24,000 nt of DNA from Metabacillus indicus LMG 22858 (GCF_000708755.2 NZ_JGVU02000001.1:556694-580693); one strand, 5' to 3'; shown: positions 1-8,450, counted from the stretch's first letter. Numbers and translations are program-made. Notes: generated by a model from the letters alone, not told the origin.

Positions 1-1039
1 ATGCAAGAACCGGGAATGTCTGCTGATTTGAAATGGAGACGAAGCCTTCTGAAATGACCGCAGCGAGTCCGGATGTGACCATCATCCCCATAATGCCTGC
101 ATAAAACGGAAACTGAATGATGATTCCAGAAGTGCCTTTAATGGCTTCTGCCACAGCATTCAGGAAATTCCTCGGAGTGCCGTGGAACAAGATGCCCAAA
201 AATAAAAACATGAAATTTACTACATCCAGGTTCAGCAGAAATCCATTCTTCATAAAATAAGAAATAAGGTAGATCAGGCCCATTATGCCAATGACCATTG
301 AGATGATTTTGCTGTTTTCAGCCTTTTCAGCCGGAGTGTGAGAGGCAAACTCGAGCGAAGCAGCTTCAGCGCCTGTCTCATTCAAAAGAGCAGGATCAAT
401 TGATATCGTCTCCTCTTTTCCCGGCATCATCAATCTGTTAACAAGCGGGAGTGCGATAAACAATACGGCAACAATGATCAGGTTGAACGGGGCAAAAATG
501 GTTTCGGATGTCGGAATCAGTCCAATCAGATCCTGTGCAAAATGCCCTTCTGTTGCAATCGTCAGCGGAACAGAGCCTGAAATTCCTCCATGCCAAATAA
601 CAAATCCGCTGTATGCGCTTGCTATCAAAAGACGGTAGTCAACATTTGTTACCTTTTTAGCTAGCTCCTTAGCAAAAAGTGCTCCGATGACAAGGCCGAA
701 ACCCCAGTTGATAAAGCTTGCGATCATCGATACTGCCGTTACATAGACGATGGCCTGACCGGGTGTTCTAGCCGCGGAAGCCATTGCGCTGAGTCCCTTT
801 TTAAAGAGGGGGCTGCTTGCGAGAACGTGGCCTGTTACAAGAACGAGCACCATCTGCATGGCAAAACTGAGCAGTCCCCAAAATCCTCCTCCCCAGAATT
901 CCACCATTTGAAGAGGGGTGGACGGCGTAAAGATAAGACCAAGGAAGAAAACGGCAAGAGTTAGAATAATGACGAATAAATACGGGTCGGGCAAGTAGCG
1001 CTGCATAAGCCTGTTCGACAGTGAAATGACTGCTTTCAT
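1..1039 (-). CDS. Short-chain fatty acid transporter, AtoE family (first ~346 codons; 3' end lies beyond the window start)
   Basis: Absent from the ORF track because it is open at the window edge. Manual minus-strand translation from ATG 1039-1037 (SD GGAGGGAAA = complement of 1043-1051) gives MKAVISLSNRLMQRYLPDPYLFVIILTL..FWGGGFWGLLSFAMQMVLVLVTGHVLASS..INWGFGLVIGALFAKE..IIQFPFYAGIMGMM with no stop down to base 2. These blocks match my memory of E. coli AtoE (PF02667). Confidence 0.8.
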   Translation of the reverse strand, partial: MKAVISLSNRLMQRYLPDPYLFVIILTLAVFFLGLIFTPSTPLQMVEFWGGGFWGLLSFAMQMVLVLVTGHVLASSPLFKKGLSAMASAARTPGQAIVYVTAVSMIASFINWGFGLVIGALFAKELAKKVTNVDYRLLIASAYSGFVIWHGGISGSVPLTIATEGHFAQDLIGLIPTSETIFAPFNLIIVAVLFIALPLVNRLMMPGKEETISIDPALLNETGAEAASLEFASHTPAEKAENSKIISMVIGIMGLIYLISYFMKNGFLLNLDVVNFMFLFLGILFHGTPRNFLNAVAEAIKGTSGIIIQFPFYAGIMGMMVTSGLAAVISEGFVSISNQQTFPVLA

Positions 1040-1175
1040 TCGTTTCCCTCCAATTTTAGTTCTTGTGTGCACTAAAATGTATTCGCTTTCAATGCGCAAT
1101 CTCCTTTTTTACACCAGATTCTATGATGAGGTTTTAAAATGATGATAAACTAGTTAAAGAGTATGTATGTTGATG

Positions 1176-1250
1176 ACAAATAAATAATCATTTGTTGTAT
1201 TTACACAATATAGAAAATAGTGTAATATTACACCACGAACACAAATGATT
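1176..1250. promoter_or_regulatory. Operator-like inverted repeats overlapping a putative sigma-A promoter in the divergent intergenic region
   Basis: Perfect 14-bp palindrome GTGTAATATTACAC at 1220-1233. Perfect 10-bp inverted repeat AATCATTTGT (1186-1195) / ACAAATGATT (1241-1250) flanks it. A further ACAAAT half-site lies at 1176-1181. Putative -35 TTTACA (1200-1205), 17-nt spacer, -10 TAATAT (1223-1228) for the + strand gene, so the palindrome covers the -10. Confidence 0.4.
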
Positions 1251-1290
1251 GCTTTTCTGTGAAACGTGTACAAAGGAAGGGGCATGTAAG

Positions 1291-3435
1291 ATGAAAAAAA
1301 CGATCCCGCTTGGCTATGCAGCTTCAATTATTTTTATCCTCTCAGGCATCATCTTTTTCTTTGCATCAAACTGGGGAGGCTTTGAACGAACGGAAAAGAC
1401 CGCCCTTGCAGCAGGTATTATGATTCTGTTTTATGGAGGAAGCTTTCTTTTTGGAAAATGGATGAAGAGACCGGATTTGACTAGATGGCTGCTGGTTGGC
1501 GGGGCAGTGTCCTTTGGGGCTGCCGTCGCTCTGATCGGGCAAATTTACAATTCACATGCAGACAGCTATCTCCTTTTTGTCATATGGCTGATTCCATCCC
1601 TGCTGCTTGCTGTTATTACCCGCTATCAGCCTTTTGCCATACTATCCTACGTGCTGTTTATGCTTTCTTACTGGTTTTATCTCTATCCGTCAAGCATCTT
1701 TCTTTACCGGACGGAATTTGAGCAGCTCCTCATTTATCTGGGCATCGTGGTGCTGAATGGCCTTGTCTTTTTTCTTGCAAGGTCACTGGGTCTGAAGGTG
1801 CTTGAATATTGTGCGTTTGCTGTCGTTCACCTCTTTTTGATCATCATGTCATTTTACTATGTATTTGAAACCTACAGTCTCTGGATGAATGTCATGTTCC
1901 TTGCCGTTCTTTTGTTGAGCTATTTTTCTTTCATGAAAAAAGCGGGGCATCAGGGCCTGACGTTTATTGGCTTCACAATGGCCGGCATCTATGTTCTGTC
2001 AAAATATATCGAGATGAGCATACGACTGTCAGATCAGCTTGGAGGACTCAGCTTTTACTTTTTCACCATTCTTCTGGCTCTTATCTTTTTAGGTGCCGGG
2101 ATTTTTGCAGCAGTAAAAGCAGCTAAACAGGCATCAAGTGATTCGGCAGCGTTTAAAGTGTCTAAAAATATTCTGATTGTCATCATCACGTTAACATCTT
2201 CCATTTTACTGTCATCAAGCTTGGCGGGCTTGCTTTACCTTATATTTGAGTCCTCATATGCTTTGGCAATCGTGAGTATGGTGTTTCTGATTTTGGCTGC
2301 AGTGCTGAAAACAGTAAATCCTGCAGCAAGGTATACGCTTTTCATTACAGGATTTTTATCGGCTCTTGGGGTCATCACCATCATGGATACAGCGGCTGTT
2401 TATCTTTTTCTAATAGCGGGAGCAGTCATCCTCCTGATTGAAAGAGAAGGTTTCCTTCAATTTCTCGCATATTCATTCGTGCTCGCTTTATTGCTTAACC
2501 TGTTTTCCGTGCATTTTGAGTGGACGGATCATTTCAGAGTGATTCTTGCAGCTGTGTCACTCATCCAATTTGCCCTTTTGCTGATTCCGTTCAAGCCTCT
2601 GCGAAAGCTTGACAGTGTGTTTCTGGCATATGGGTTTCTGCTGTTGTATCCTGCAGCGTTCTGGGGGACGGACTGGCGGGAAACACTTGTCTATCAGATT
2701 TTGTATTTTGGACTGAATCTTGCGGCACTGGTCATTTATCAGCAAAAGGAGGAAGTGTTTAAGAGAAATGCAGCCTGGGTGTTTTTCATTCTGTTTTTGA
2801 CAGGCTTATATTACGATTTTGCCTGGAAGCTTCTTCATAAATCGGTCACTTTCCTGATTATTGGCATCGTGCTGTTTGCAGCTGCCCGTTACTTTGACCG
2901 GGAAAAGAGAGCAGGGGAATCTGCATTTTCAAAAAAGAGATGGGCGATGATTGCAGCAGTAGTTCTTCTTCAGCTGGGATTTACGGGATATCAGTCTGTT
3001 GCCAATGAGACTGCCTTAAAAGAAGGAACGTCTGTCATTCTTGAGCTCGAACCGCTGGATCCGAGATCTGTGCTGCAGGGGGATTATGTTCAGCTTAGAT
3101 ATGAAGCCGGCCGTTTTGAAGGGGATGAAACCATGAAAAGCGGCACGGTTGTCACTGTTAAGGTGAAGAAGGACAGTACTGGGGTTTTCAGACCGGAAGG
3201 AAAGCCTGTCATTGGAAGGGCGGCCGACATGGGAGAGCCTGAACAGGACACCGTCTATCTCACCGGGAAATACAACGGCTATGACAGCGTGCATTTCGGC
3301 ATAGAATCGTTTTTTGTGGAAGAAGGTACCGGTCTTGAGCTTGAACGCTCGGCGAAGTATGCAAAAGTAATCGTATCTGATGAAGGAAATGCTTTACTGA
3401 CGGATGTAAAAAAGGATCTTTCTTCATTAAAATAG
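1291..3435 (+). CDS. Large polytopic membrane protein with C-terminal GDYXXLXY domain (DUF2157/DUF4401-like N-terminal membrane region fused to GDYXXLXY)
   Basis: ORF 1249..3435. Preferred start is ATG 1291 (MKKTIPLG), preceded by AAGGAAGGGG at 1274-1283. About 560 aa of repeated hydrophobic segments are followed by a soluble tail containing LEPLDPRSVLQGDYVQLRYE, a literal GDYxxLxY motif (PF14345 from memory). Confidence 0.75.
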   Translation: MKKTIPLGYAASIIFILSGIIFFFASNWGGFERTEKTALAAGIMILFYGGSFLFGKWMKRPDLTRWLLVGGAVSFGAAVALIGQIYNSHADSYLLFVIWLIPSLLLAVITRYQPFAILSYVLFMLSYWFYLYPSSIFLYRTEFEQLLIYLGIVVLNGLVFFLARSLGLKVLEYCAFAVVHLFLIIMSFYYVFETYSLWMNVMFLAVLLLSYFSFMKKAGHQGLTFIGFTMAGIYVLSKYIEMSIRLSDQLGGLSFYFFTILLALIFLGAGIFAAVKAAKQASSDSAAFKVSKNILIVIITLTSSILLSSSLAGLLYLIFESSYALAIVSMVFLILAAVLKTVNPAARYTLFITGFLSALGVITIMDTAAVYLFLIAGAVILLIEREGFLQFLAYSFVLALLLNLFSVHFEWTDHFRVILAAVSLIQFALLLIPFKPLRKLDSVFLAYGFLLLYPAAFWGTDWRETLVYQILYFGLNLAALVIYQQKEEVFKRNAAWVFFILFLTGLYYDFAWKLLHKSVTFLIIGIVLFAAARYFDREKRAGESAFSKKRWAMIAAVVLLQLGFTGYQSVANETALKEGTSVILELEPLDPRSVLQGDYVQLRYEAGRFEGDETMKSGTVVTVKVKKDSTGVFRPEGKPVIGRAADMGEPEQDTVYLTGKYNGYDSVHFGIESFFVEEGTGLELERSAKYAKVIVSDEGNALLTDVKKDLSSLK

Positions 3436-3470
3436 AAAACATCCATCCAGGCTTCCTGGATGGATGTTTT
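3436..3470. terminator. Bidirectional rho-independent terminator shared by convergent genes
   Basis: AAAACATCCATCCAG (3436-3450), loop GCTTC, CTGGATGGATGTTTT (3456-3470): a perfect 15-bp stem. T-rich flanks on both strands (ctgtttctgtt on +, CTATTTTAATG on -). Confidence 0.8.
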
Positions 3471-3479
3471 CTGTTTCTG

Positions 3480-3815
3480 TTAATTCGTTTCGTTGGCCAG
3501 TTTGACCAGCATGTGCGCAAGATAATGTCTTTCTTCATCATTTCCGACTTTCCAAAGCTGGTGGAGAAGATATTCTTCGCTGTTTTTAGGTTCTACGTTA
3601 TTGGCAAGGTAACCGGCCACTTTTTCTGCGCCTTTGGCCAGCATCTCATCACTTAGTCCGAGACGTTTCCCGGCTTCCACTTTGTCGCCTAAGTACGATT
3701 TAAACTCTTCAAAGTCTCTTAGGATCGCGTCCATTTTTTCGTTGTTCATAGAATCCAGCTTGTTCTCAATCTTTTCGGTTTGAATTGACTCGTCTTTTAC
3801 TTGATGATTTGACAT
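3480..3815 (-). CDS. DUF3243-family small protein (B. subtilis YmfJ-like)
   Basis: 111-aa ORF with SD CCAGGAGGTG upstream (complement of ~3826-3835). The pattern F..FKSYLGDKVE....GLSDE.....AEKVAGYLANNVEPKNSEE.LL.QLWKVG..EE...LAHMLVKL matches my memory of the YmfJ/DUF3243 family. Confidence 0.65.
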   Translation of the reverse strand: MSNHQVKDESIQTEKIENKLDSMNNEKMDAILRDFEEFKSYLGDKVEAGKRLGLSDEMLAKGAEKVAGYLANNVEPKNSEEYLLHQLWKVGNDEERHYLAHMLVKLANETN

Positions 3816-3909
3816 GTTTCTTGCACCTCCTGGTAAAGTTACTTGTTACATTCCCTTATCACAGAGAGGTAAACCTTGGGAATGTGCAAAAGTGCGGAAG
3901 AATGCCTTT

Positions 3910-5025
3910 TTAATCATAGGTTCTTCCTTTCCAGGTATAGCCGGTTTTTTTGACAGAAGCAAACATGGACGCATAAAGGAGTAGCAGGAAGGCTGCAGCC
4001 GAAAATGGAATGGCAGGGGACAAAGCCAGTGTCTGCCTGCTGCGTAAGTCGATGTATGCTTTTTGCAGTACGATAAGCAAGTAGGGGACAAAAAAATGCA
4101 GGTTCATTTTCCCCTGAATCAGTTCTGTAATTCCATAGAGTGCTAGAAAAAAAGGAAACAGGTAGACCAATCCGTAAAACAGCGAAAAGAGAATAACAAT
4201 TAAAATTGATCGCCCAAACCCCGGAAAAATGTTTTTTTTGAACCCTTCCCAAACAGCTTTATTGCTGTCATACATATAACAGGTGACATACTCCGTGACA
4301 TTCGCAAGGACCGCGCGATATCCGTTTTGTTTCGTGATTTTTGCAAGAGCCACATCATCTACTATGGCGTCTTTAACCGCCTTATGTCCCCCGAACTTGC
4401 GGTATGCGTTTTTTTCAAACATGATAAAGGCTCCGTGTGCAGCGGATGCAGCTGCCATAGTTGTGTAATTGGCAAGGTAAAGGGGAAGATGAAAATAGAT
4501 TAAGAGATGCTGCATGGGCACAAGCCATTTTTCCAGAATTGTTTTAACCGGAAAGCGGGGAAAACCGGAAAGCATGTTTGCTTTTTTTTGTTTCATTAAG
4601 GCGAGAGAACGTTCGATCGTATGTTTATGTACGCGAACATCTGCATCAAGAAATAAATAATAGTCGCCTGATGCCATGCTGCTGAGCTGGTGGCAGGCAA
4701 ACACTTTGCCTGCCCAACCATCAGGCAGGTCTGAACCTGTCACAATTTTAAACCGGCTGTCATTCCTTGCTGCATTAGTCAGGATTTCTTTTGTCCGGTC
4801 TGTAGACTGATCATCAAGCATGATGATTTCAAGGTTTGGATAGGAAAGGTTTTTAAGGGATGCGGCAAGATCTTCTGCATTTTTTTCCTCATTGCGGAGG
4901 GGAATCAAGATTGATACTAAAGGTGCCGCACCTGTCGAACCTTTTTTTAAAGACGGCATGAAAAGTGAATTAAGTATGGTCCAGGCGAGAAGACAGGCTA
5001 GGAAAATCTCAAACAGGAGAAGCAT
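3910..5025 (-). CDS. crtQ: Family-2 glycosyltransferase, carotenoid (4,4'-diaponeurosporenoate-type) glycosyltransferase CrtQ-like
   Basis: ORF 3910..5154, trimmed to ATG 5025-5023 (MLLLFEIF..., SD AAAGGATGTG). N-terminal TM; GT2 signatures VSILIPLRNEE, MLDDQSTD, PDGWAGKVFAC, LFLDADV; C-terminal TM bundle. It sits directly downstream of a crtP-like gene, as in the S. aureus crtOPQMN operon. Confidence 0.75.
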   Translation of the reverse strand: MLLLFEIFLACLLAWTILNSLFMPSLKKGSTGAAPLVSILIPLRNEEKNAEDLAASLKNLSYPNLEIIMLDDQSTDRTKEILTNAARNDSRFKIVTGSDLPDGWAGKVFACHQLSSMASGDYYLFLDADVRVHKHTIERSLALMKQKKANMLSGFPRFPVKTILEKWLVPMQHLLIYFHLPLYLANYTTMAAASAAHGAFIMFEKNAYRKFGGHKAVKDAIVDDVALAKITKQNGYRAVLANVTEYVTCYMYDSNKAVWEGFKKNIFPGFGRSILIVILFSLFYGLVYLFPFFLALYGITELIQGKMNLHFFVPYLLIVLQKAYIDLRSRQTLALSPAIPFSAAAFLLLLYASMFASVKKTGYTWKGRTYD

Positions 5026-5069
5026 GGAATCACATCCTTTTATATAGATAAAATAAGGGCAAAAGGCAA

Positions 5070-5101
5070 AAGAAGGATGAAGCTCAGTGCTTATCCTTCT
5101 T
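5070..5101 (-). other. Intercistronic stem-loop between crtP-like and crtQ-like genes
   Basis: AAGAAGGAT (5070-5078) and ATCCTTCTT (5093-5101) form a 9-bp perfect stem with a 14-nt loop. On the minus strand it is followed by TTGCCTTTTGCCCTTATTTTA. It could be a partial terminator, a stabiliser or a processing site. Confidence 0.4.
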
Positions 5102-5107
5102 GCATGT

Positions 5108-6628
5108 TCAGGAAATTTCTTTGTCTTGATTGATTTGAGGCTTTTTGTCTTCATGTTCTGCTATTAAATCTGCGGTCAGCTGTCCGGATAGGGTGACCAT
5201 TGGCACTCCGCCGCCCGGATGGGTGGATCCTCCGACAAAATACAGATTCTCAAGCAGCGTGCTTTTGCTCGGGATTTTAAATCCTCCATTTTTCTTCCGG
5301 TCTGTAGCAACTCCGTAAATCGAGCCGCCGTTCGCTCCGTATAAACTTTGAAGGTCGTTTGGTGTAAACGTATATTCAAATTCAATATGCTCTCTCAACC
5401 CGGTCATCCCCATGCGCTCAAGCTTATCAAGGATTTGTGCCCGGTACGTTTCTTTTCTGAATTCCCAGTTCTCACCCTCCTTAAGAGGAGGAACATGAGT
5501 AAGAACAAACAAGTTTTCTTTTCCGGAAGGTGCCTGAGTCGGATCGGATTTTGCCGAAATGCCGACATAAACCGTCGGGTCATCTGCAAGCTTGCCTTCA
5601 TTAAAAATCTGATGAAATTCTTTTTCAGGATCTTCCGAGAAAAAGAAATTATGATGGGCAAGATTTTCGTATGTCCGGTCTACCCCAAGCAGCATGACCA
5701 GACCTGATACGGTAGGCTCATATTTTTGGAGATCTGACGCCTTCTGGCTGCTGCCGGCTTTGTCTTTAAGAAGCGTATTGTAGGCAGGAATGGCTTCCAG
5801 ATTGGATACCACAATGTCTGCATGAAGGATTCTGCCATCTGCAAGCTCGACGCCGGCTGCTCTTGAGCCCTCAGTGACAATACGTTCTGCCTTTGTGTTC
5901 AGCAGAATGTCAGCACCTAGTTCATGAAGCAGTTTGTTCATGGCCAGTGCAATGTTGTACATGCCGCCTTCAACGTAGTAGACGCCAAGCCCGAGCTGCA
6001 CATGAGTCAGCTGCGAAAGAACGGCAGGGGCATGGTAAGGTGAAGAGCCTATGTACATAATCAGAAAATTGAACAGCTGTCTGATTTTCTTGTTTTTAAA
6101 ATGTTTGCGTGTGACGCCGTCCATTGATTTCAGCGGTTCCATCATCAGCAGTTCCTTCACGCTGTGAAGAGAGCGGAGGTCATTCAGGCCGGATAGGCTT
6201 TTGCTGTAAAAGCTCTTCATGCTGTATTCATACATTTTACTGCAATACTGCAGGTAATCAAAGAATTCGTTTGCATCTTCTTCGGAAACTTTTTTCAGTT
6301 CCTCAAGCATAACAGGCAAATCGCTTGTTAAATCAATCGTTGTCCCGTCTTCATAGAATGTTCTCCAGCCCGGCTCAATCCTTTTAATGGTCAGGTAATC
6401 TGATAGATTCCGCCCGGCGCTTTTAAATAATTTTTCAAGCACCCAGGGCATTGTCAAAATAGACGGTCCTGTATCAAAGGTATAGCCGAGTCCGCCGCGC
6501 ATATTAAGCTTGCCGCCGACACGTTCTCCTTTCTCCACTACTGTGACATGATAGCCGTCTGAACGGAGCCTGATAGCCGCTGACAGCCCGCCAAGCCCGC
6601 CGCCGATAATGACTGCTTTCTTATTCAT
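5108..6628 (-). CDS. crtP: CrtN/CrtP-family FAD-dependent C30 carotenoid desaturase/oxygenase (4,4'-diaponeurosporene oxygenase CrtP-like)
   Basis: 506 aa with SD AAGGAGGG upstream. Dinucleotide fold VIIGGGLGGLSAAIRL. Blocks GPSILTMP, DYLTIKR, DGTTIDL, LAHHNFFF, DDPTVY, ILDKLERMGMTGLR and NLYFVGGSTHPGGGVPMVTLSG match my memory of S. aureus CrtP. I cannot separate CrtP from the CrtNb/CrtNc sub-functions by eye. Confidence 0.8.
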   Translation of the reverse strand: MNKKAVIIGGGLGGLSAAIRLRSDGYHVTVVEKGERVGGKLNMRGGLGYTFDTGPSILTMPWVLEKLFKSAGRNLSDYLTIKRIEPGWRTFYEDGTTIDLTSDLPVMLEELKKVSEEDANEFFDYLQYCSKMYEYSMKSFYSKSLSGLNDLRSLHSVKELLMMEPLKSMDGVTRKHFKNKKIRQLFNFLIMYIGSSPYHAPAVLSQLTHVQLGLGVYYVEGGMYNIALAMNKLLHELGADILLNTKAERIVTEGSRAAGVELADGRILHADIVVSNLEAIPAYNTLLKDKAGSSQKASDLQKYEPTVSGLVMLLGVDRTYENLAHHNFFFSEDPEKEFHQIFNEGKLADDPTVYVGISAKSDPTQAPSGKENLFVLTHVPPLKEGENWEFRKETYRAQILDKLERMGMTGLREHIEFEYTFTPNDLQSLYGANGGSIYGVATDRKKNGGFKIPSKSTLLENLYFVGGSTHPGGGVPMVTLSGQLTADLIAEHEDKKPQINQDKEIS

Positions 6629-6795
6629 CGAAAACCCTCCTTATGAAATTCTTCTAATTTGACTAAACTAATGACCAGTCTTTACAGACATCCATTCTGC
6701 CCTGAAAAGCTTGTTTTAAACCAGTTTTGCAGGAGAATGGTGGGCTGTCCGCATGGAGGCGGGACGGATCATTCCATTAGGAAAGTGTGATGTGC

Positions 6796-7881
6796 ATGTT
6801 TACGATTACAGCCGGTATAGCTGCCGGCGTATATCTTCTATACAGAATTCAGACTCTTGAAAAGCAAAACAGAGATACAAATTCTCTCCGCAGGCTTTCA
6901 ATTATTATTCCTGCAAGAAATGAAGAACAGAATATCGGCAGACTGCTGCATTCGCTGAAAGGCCAATATCCAGCCGAAATCCTTGTTGTCGATGATGGTT
7001 CAGAAGACAAAACGGCCGAGATTGCGGCTGCATGCGGAGCAGAAGTCATGCATGCGGAGGAACCTCCGGAAGGTTGGCTCGGAAAATCATGGGCATGCTT
7101 TTCGGGGGCAAAGAAAGCTAAAGGAGAGTGGCTCATGTTTCTTGATGCAGATACTTTCTTTGAGGAGTTTGGCGCGGAAAAAACGGCCGCTGCCTTTCTT
7201 GATCAGGGAGCTTCCGGAATTCTGTCCATTCATCCGTATCACAGCATACAAAAGCCATACGAATCACTTTCTGCTTTTTTCCACTTGGCAGCTTTTTCGG
7301 CAATGGGCGCTTTTCGTTTCCTTCAGAGAAAAGGTGTTTCATACGGTGCGTTTGGACAGTGCATGATCTGTACAAAACAAGATTATTTTAATTGGGGCGG
7401 CCACGGCCTCATAAAAGACAAAGTCGCAGAAAATATGGAACTTGCCGTCCTTGTAAGCCGGACTGGAGCACCTGTCCGCTGCATGAGCGGAAAAGGCGCT
7501 CTTTCAATGAGAATGTATCCGGAAGGTCCCGCATCTCTTGTTGCCGGCTTTTCAAAAACATTTGCAAGCGGAGCGAAGGCAACAAATTGGAAGGTTCTGC
7601 TTCCATTTGTGCTCTGGATAGCCGGATGTTTATCCTTTTTGACTGAATTCCGGCTGGGTGAGTGGCGGGAGGTATATGCTCTTCTTTATGCTGCTGCTGT
7701 TCTGCATATTTGGATGACGGTAAGAAAGATTGGTTCTTTCGGCATCATCACCGCTCTGTTCTTTCCTTTTCATGCAGGTTTTTTCATGCTTGTTTTCATC
7801 ACATCATTTTGGAGGACCTTCATCAGCAAATCAGCATCATGGAAAGGGAGAAAAATTATTGTAAAGGAAGATGCTAAGTGA
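6796..7881 (+). CDS. Second membrane-anchored family-2 glycosyltransferase, paralogous in architecture to CrtQ
   Basis: ORF 6787..7881. ATG 6796 has the best spacing to SD AGGAAAG (6779-6785); alternatives are GTG 6787 and ATG 6790. Motifs LSIIIPARNEE, VVDDGSED, PEGWLGKSWAC, MFLDADT, plus C-terminal TMs. Its TGA overlaps the GTG of the next gene. Confidence 0.7.
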   Translation: MFTITAGIAAGVYLLYRIQTLEKQNRDTNSLRRLSIIIPARNEEQNIGRLLHSLKGQYPAEILVVDDGSEDKTAEIAAACGAEVMHAEEPPEGWLGKSWACFSGAKKAKGEWLMFLDADTFFEEFGAEKTAAAFLDQGASGILSIHPYHSIQKPYESLSAFFHLAAFSAMGAFRFLQRKGVSYGAFGQCMICTKQDYFNWGGHGLIKDKVAENMELAVLVSRTGAPVRCMSGKGALSMRMYPEGPASLVAGFSKTFASGAKATNWKVLLPFVLWIAGCLSFLTEFRLGEWREVYALLYAAAVLHIWMTVRKIGSFGIITALFFPFHAGFFMLVFITSFWRTFISKSASWKGRKIIVKEDAK

Positions 7882-8414
7882 TCTTTCTGACAGGTGCAGA
7901 GGCGGTGGCCTTGAACATAGCGGCATGGGTGGGCATCCACCTTTCAGTTTCTTTGCTGACAAGCAGGATGGACGGCCGCTCCATTTGCCGGTTTAACTGG
8001 ATGTGGAGTGAAAAAACCGTTGAGAAAAGCGGCAAACTTTATGAACGGCTGCTGATAAAAAGATGGAAAGACAGAATGCCTGAAGCTGGCGGTTTGTTTC
8101 CGGGCGGCATGTCAAAAAAACACCTGCATGCGGCAAAAGACATGGAACGTTTCTTCCTTGAGACAAAAAGGGGAGAGCTGTCCCACTGGATGCAGCTGTT
8201 TGCCTTTCTGCTGTTTTTTATTTGGAATACTCCTGGTTCAGTTCTTATCAATGGACTGTATGCAGCCTGCTTCAATTTGCCGTTTATCATGATTCAGCGG
8301 TATAACAGGATTCGTCTGAACCGGGCATTATCTAAAAGAAAGATGAAAAAAAGTCATACTCCGGCGGAGGAGGTCAAACCGCCTTCTTTAAGTTCTGATG
8401 AAATTGGCGTATGA
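7878..8414 (+). CDS. crtO: Glycosyl-4,4'-diaponeurosporenoate acyltransferase CrtO-like
   Basis: 178 aa. GTG 7878 overlaps the upstream TGA (GTGA), with SD AAAGGAAGA at 7862-7870. ETKRGELSHWMQL and FIMIQRYNRIRL match my memory of S. aureus CrtO (ETKRAEFIHW, IIVQRYNRPRL). Confidence 0.75.
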   Translation: MIFLTGAEAVALNIAAWVGIHLSVSLLTSRMDGRSICRFNWMWSEKTVEKSGKLYERLLIKRWKDRMPEAGGLFPGGMSKKHLHAAKDMERFFLETKRGELSHWMQLFAFLLFFIWNTPGSVLINGLYAACFNLPFIMIQRYNRIRLNRALSKRKMKKSHTPAEEVKPPSLSSDEIGV

Positions 8415-8450
8415 TAGAGAAGAGATATGCAGATGAAGGAGAGAGTGCGG

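Noticed and set aside
3848-3885. ACATTCCC / GGGAATGT 8-bp inverted repeat between the crtQ-like and DUF3243 genes, considered as a terminator
   Set aside because: It has a 22-nt loop and no U-tract on the minus strand. It may be an operator or incidental, and I cannot tell whether the DUF3243 gene is co-transcribed with crtQ.
5026-5154. 43-codon N-terminal extension of the crtQ-like ORF (track ORF 3910..5154), which would overlap the 3' end of the crtP-like gene
   Set aside because: The extension has no SD and runs through the intercistronic hairpin and the upstream gene's stop. The internal ATG at 5025 has an SD and begins exactly at the expected N-terminal TM helix.
6711-6738. Sigma-B-like promoter (GTTTTA-N13-GGAGAAT) upstream of the plus-strand carotenoid genes, by analogy with sigma-B control of the S. 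aureus crt operon
   Set aside because: Both boxes deviate from GTTTAA / GGGTAT (4/6 in the -10, an extra T in the -35). That is too degenerate to annotate without a mapped start site.
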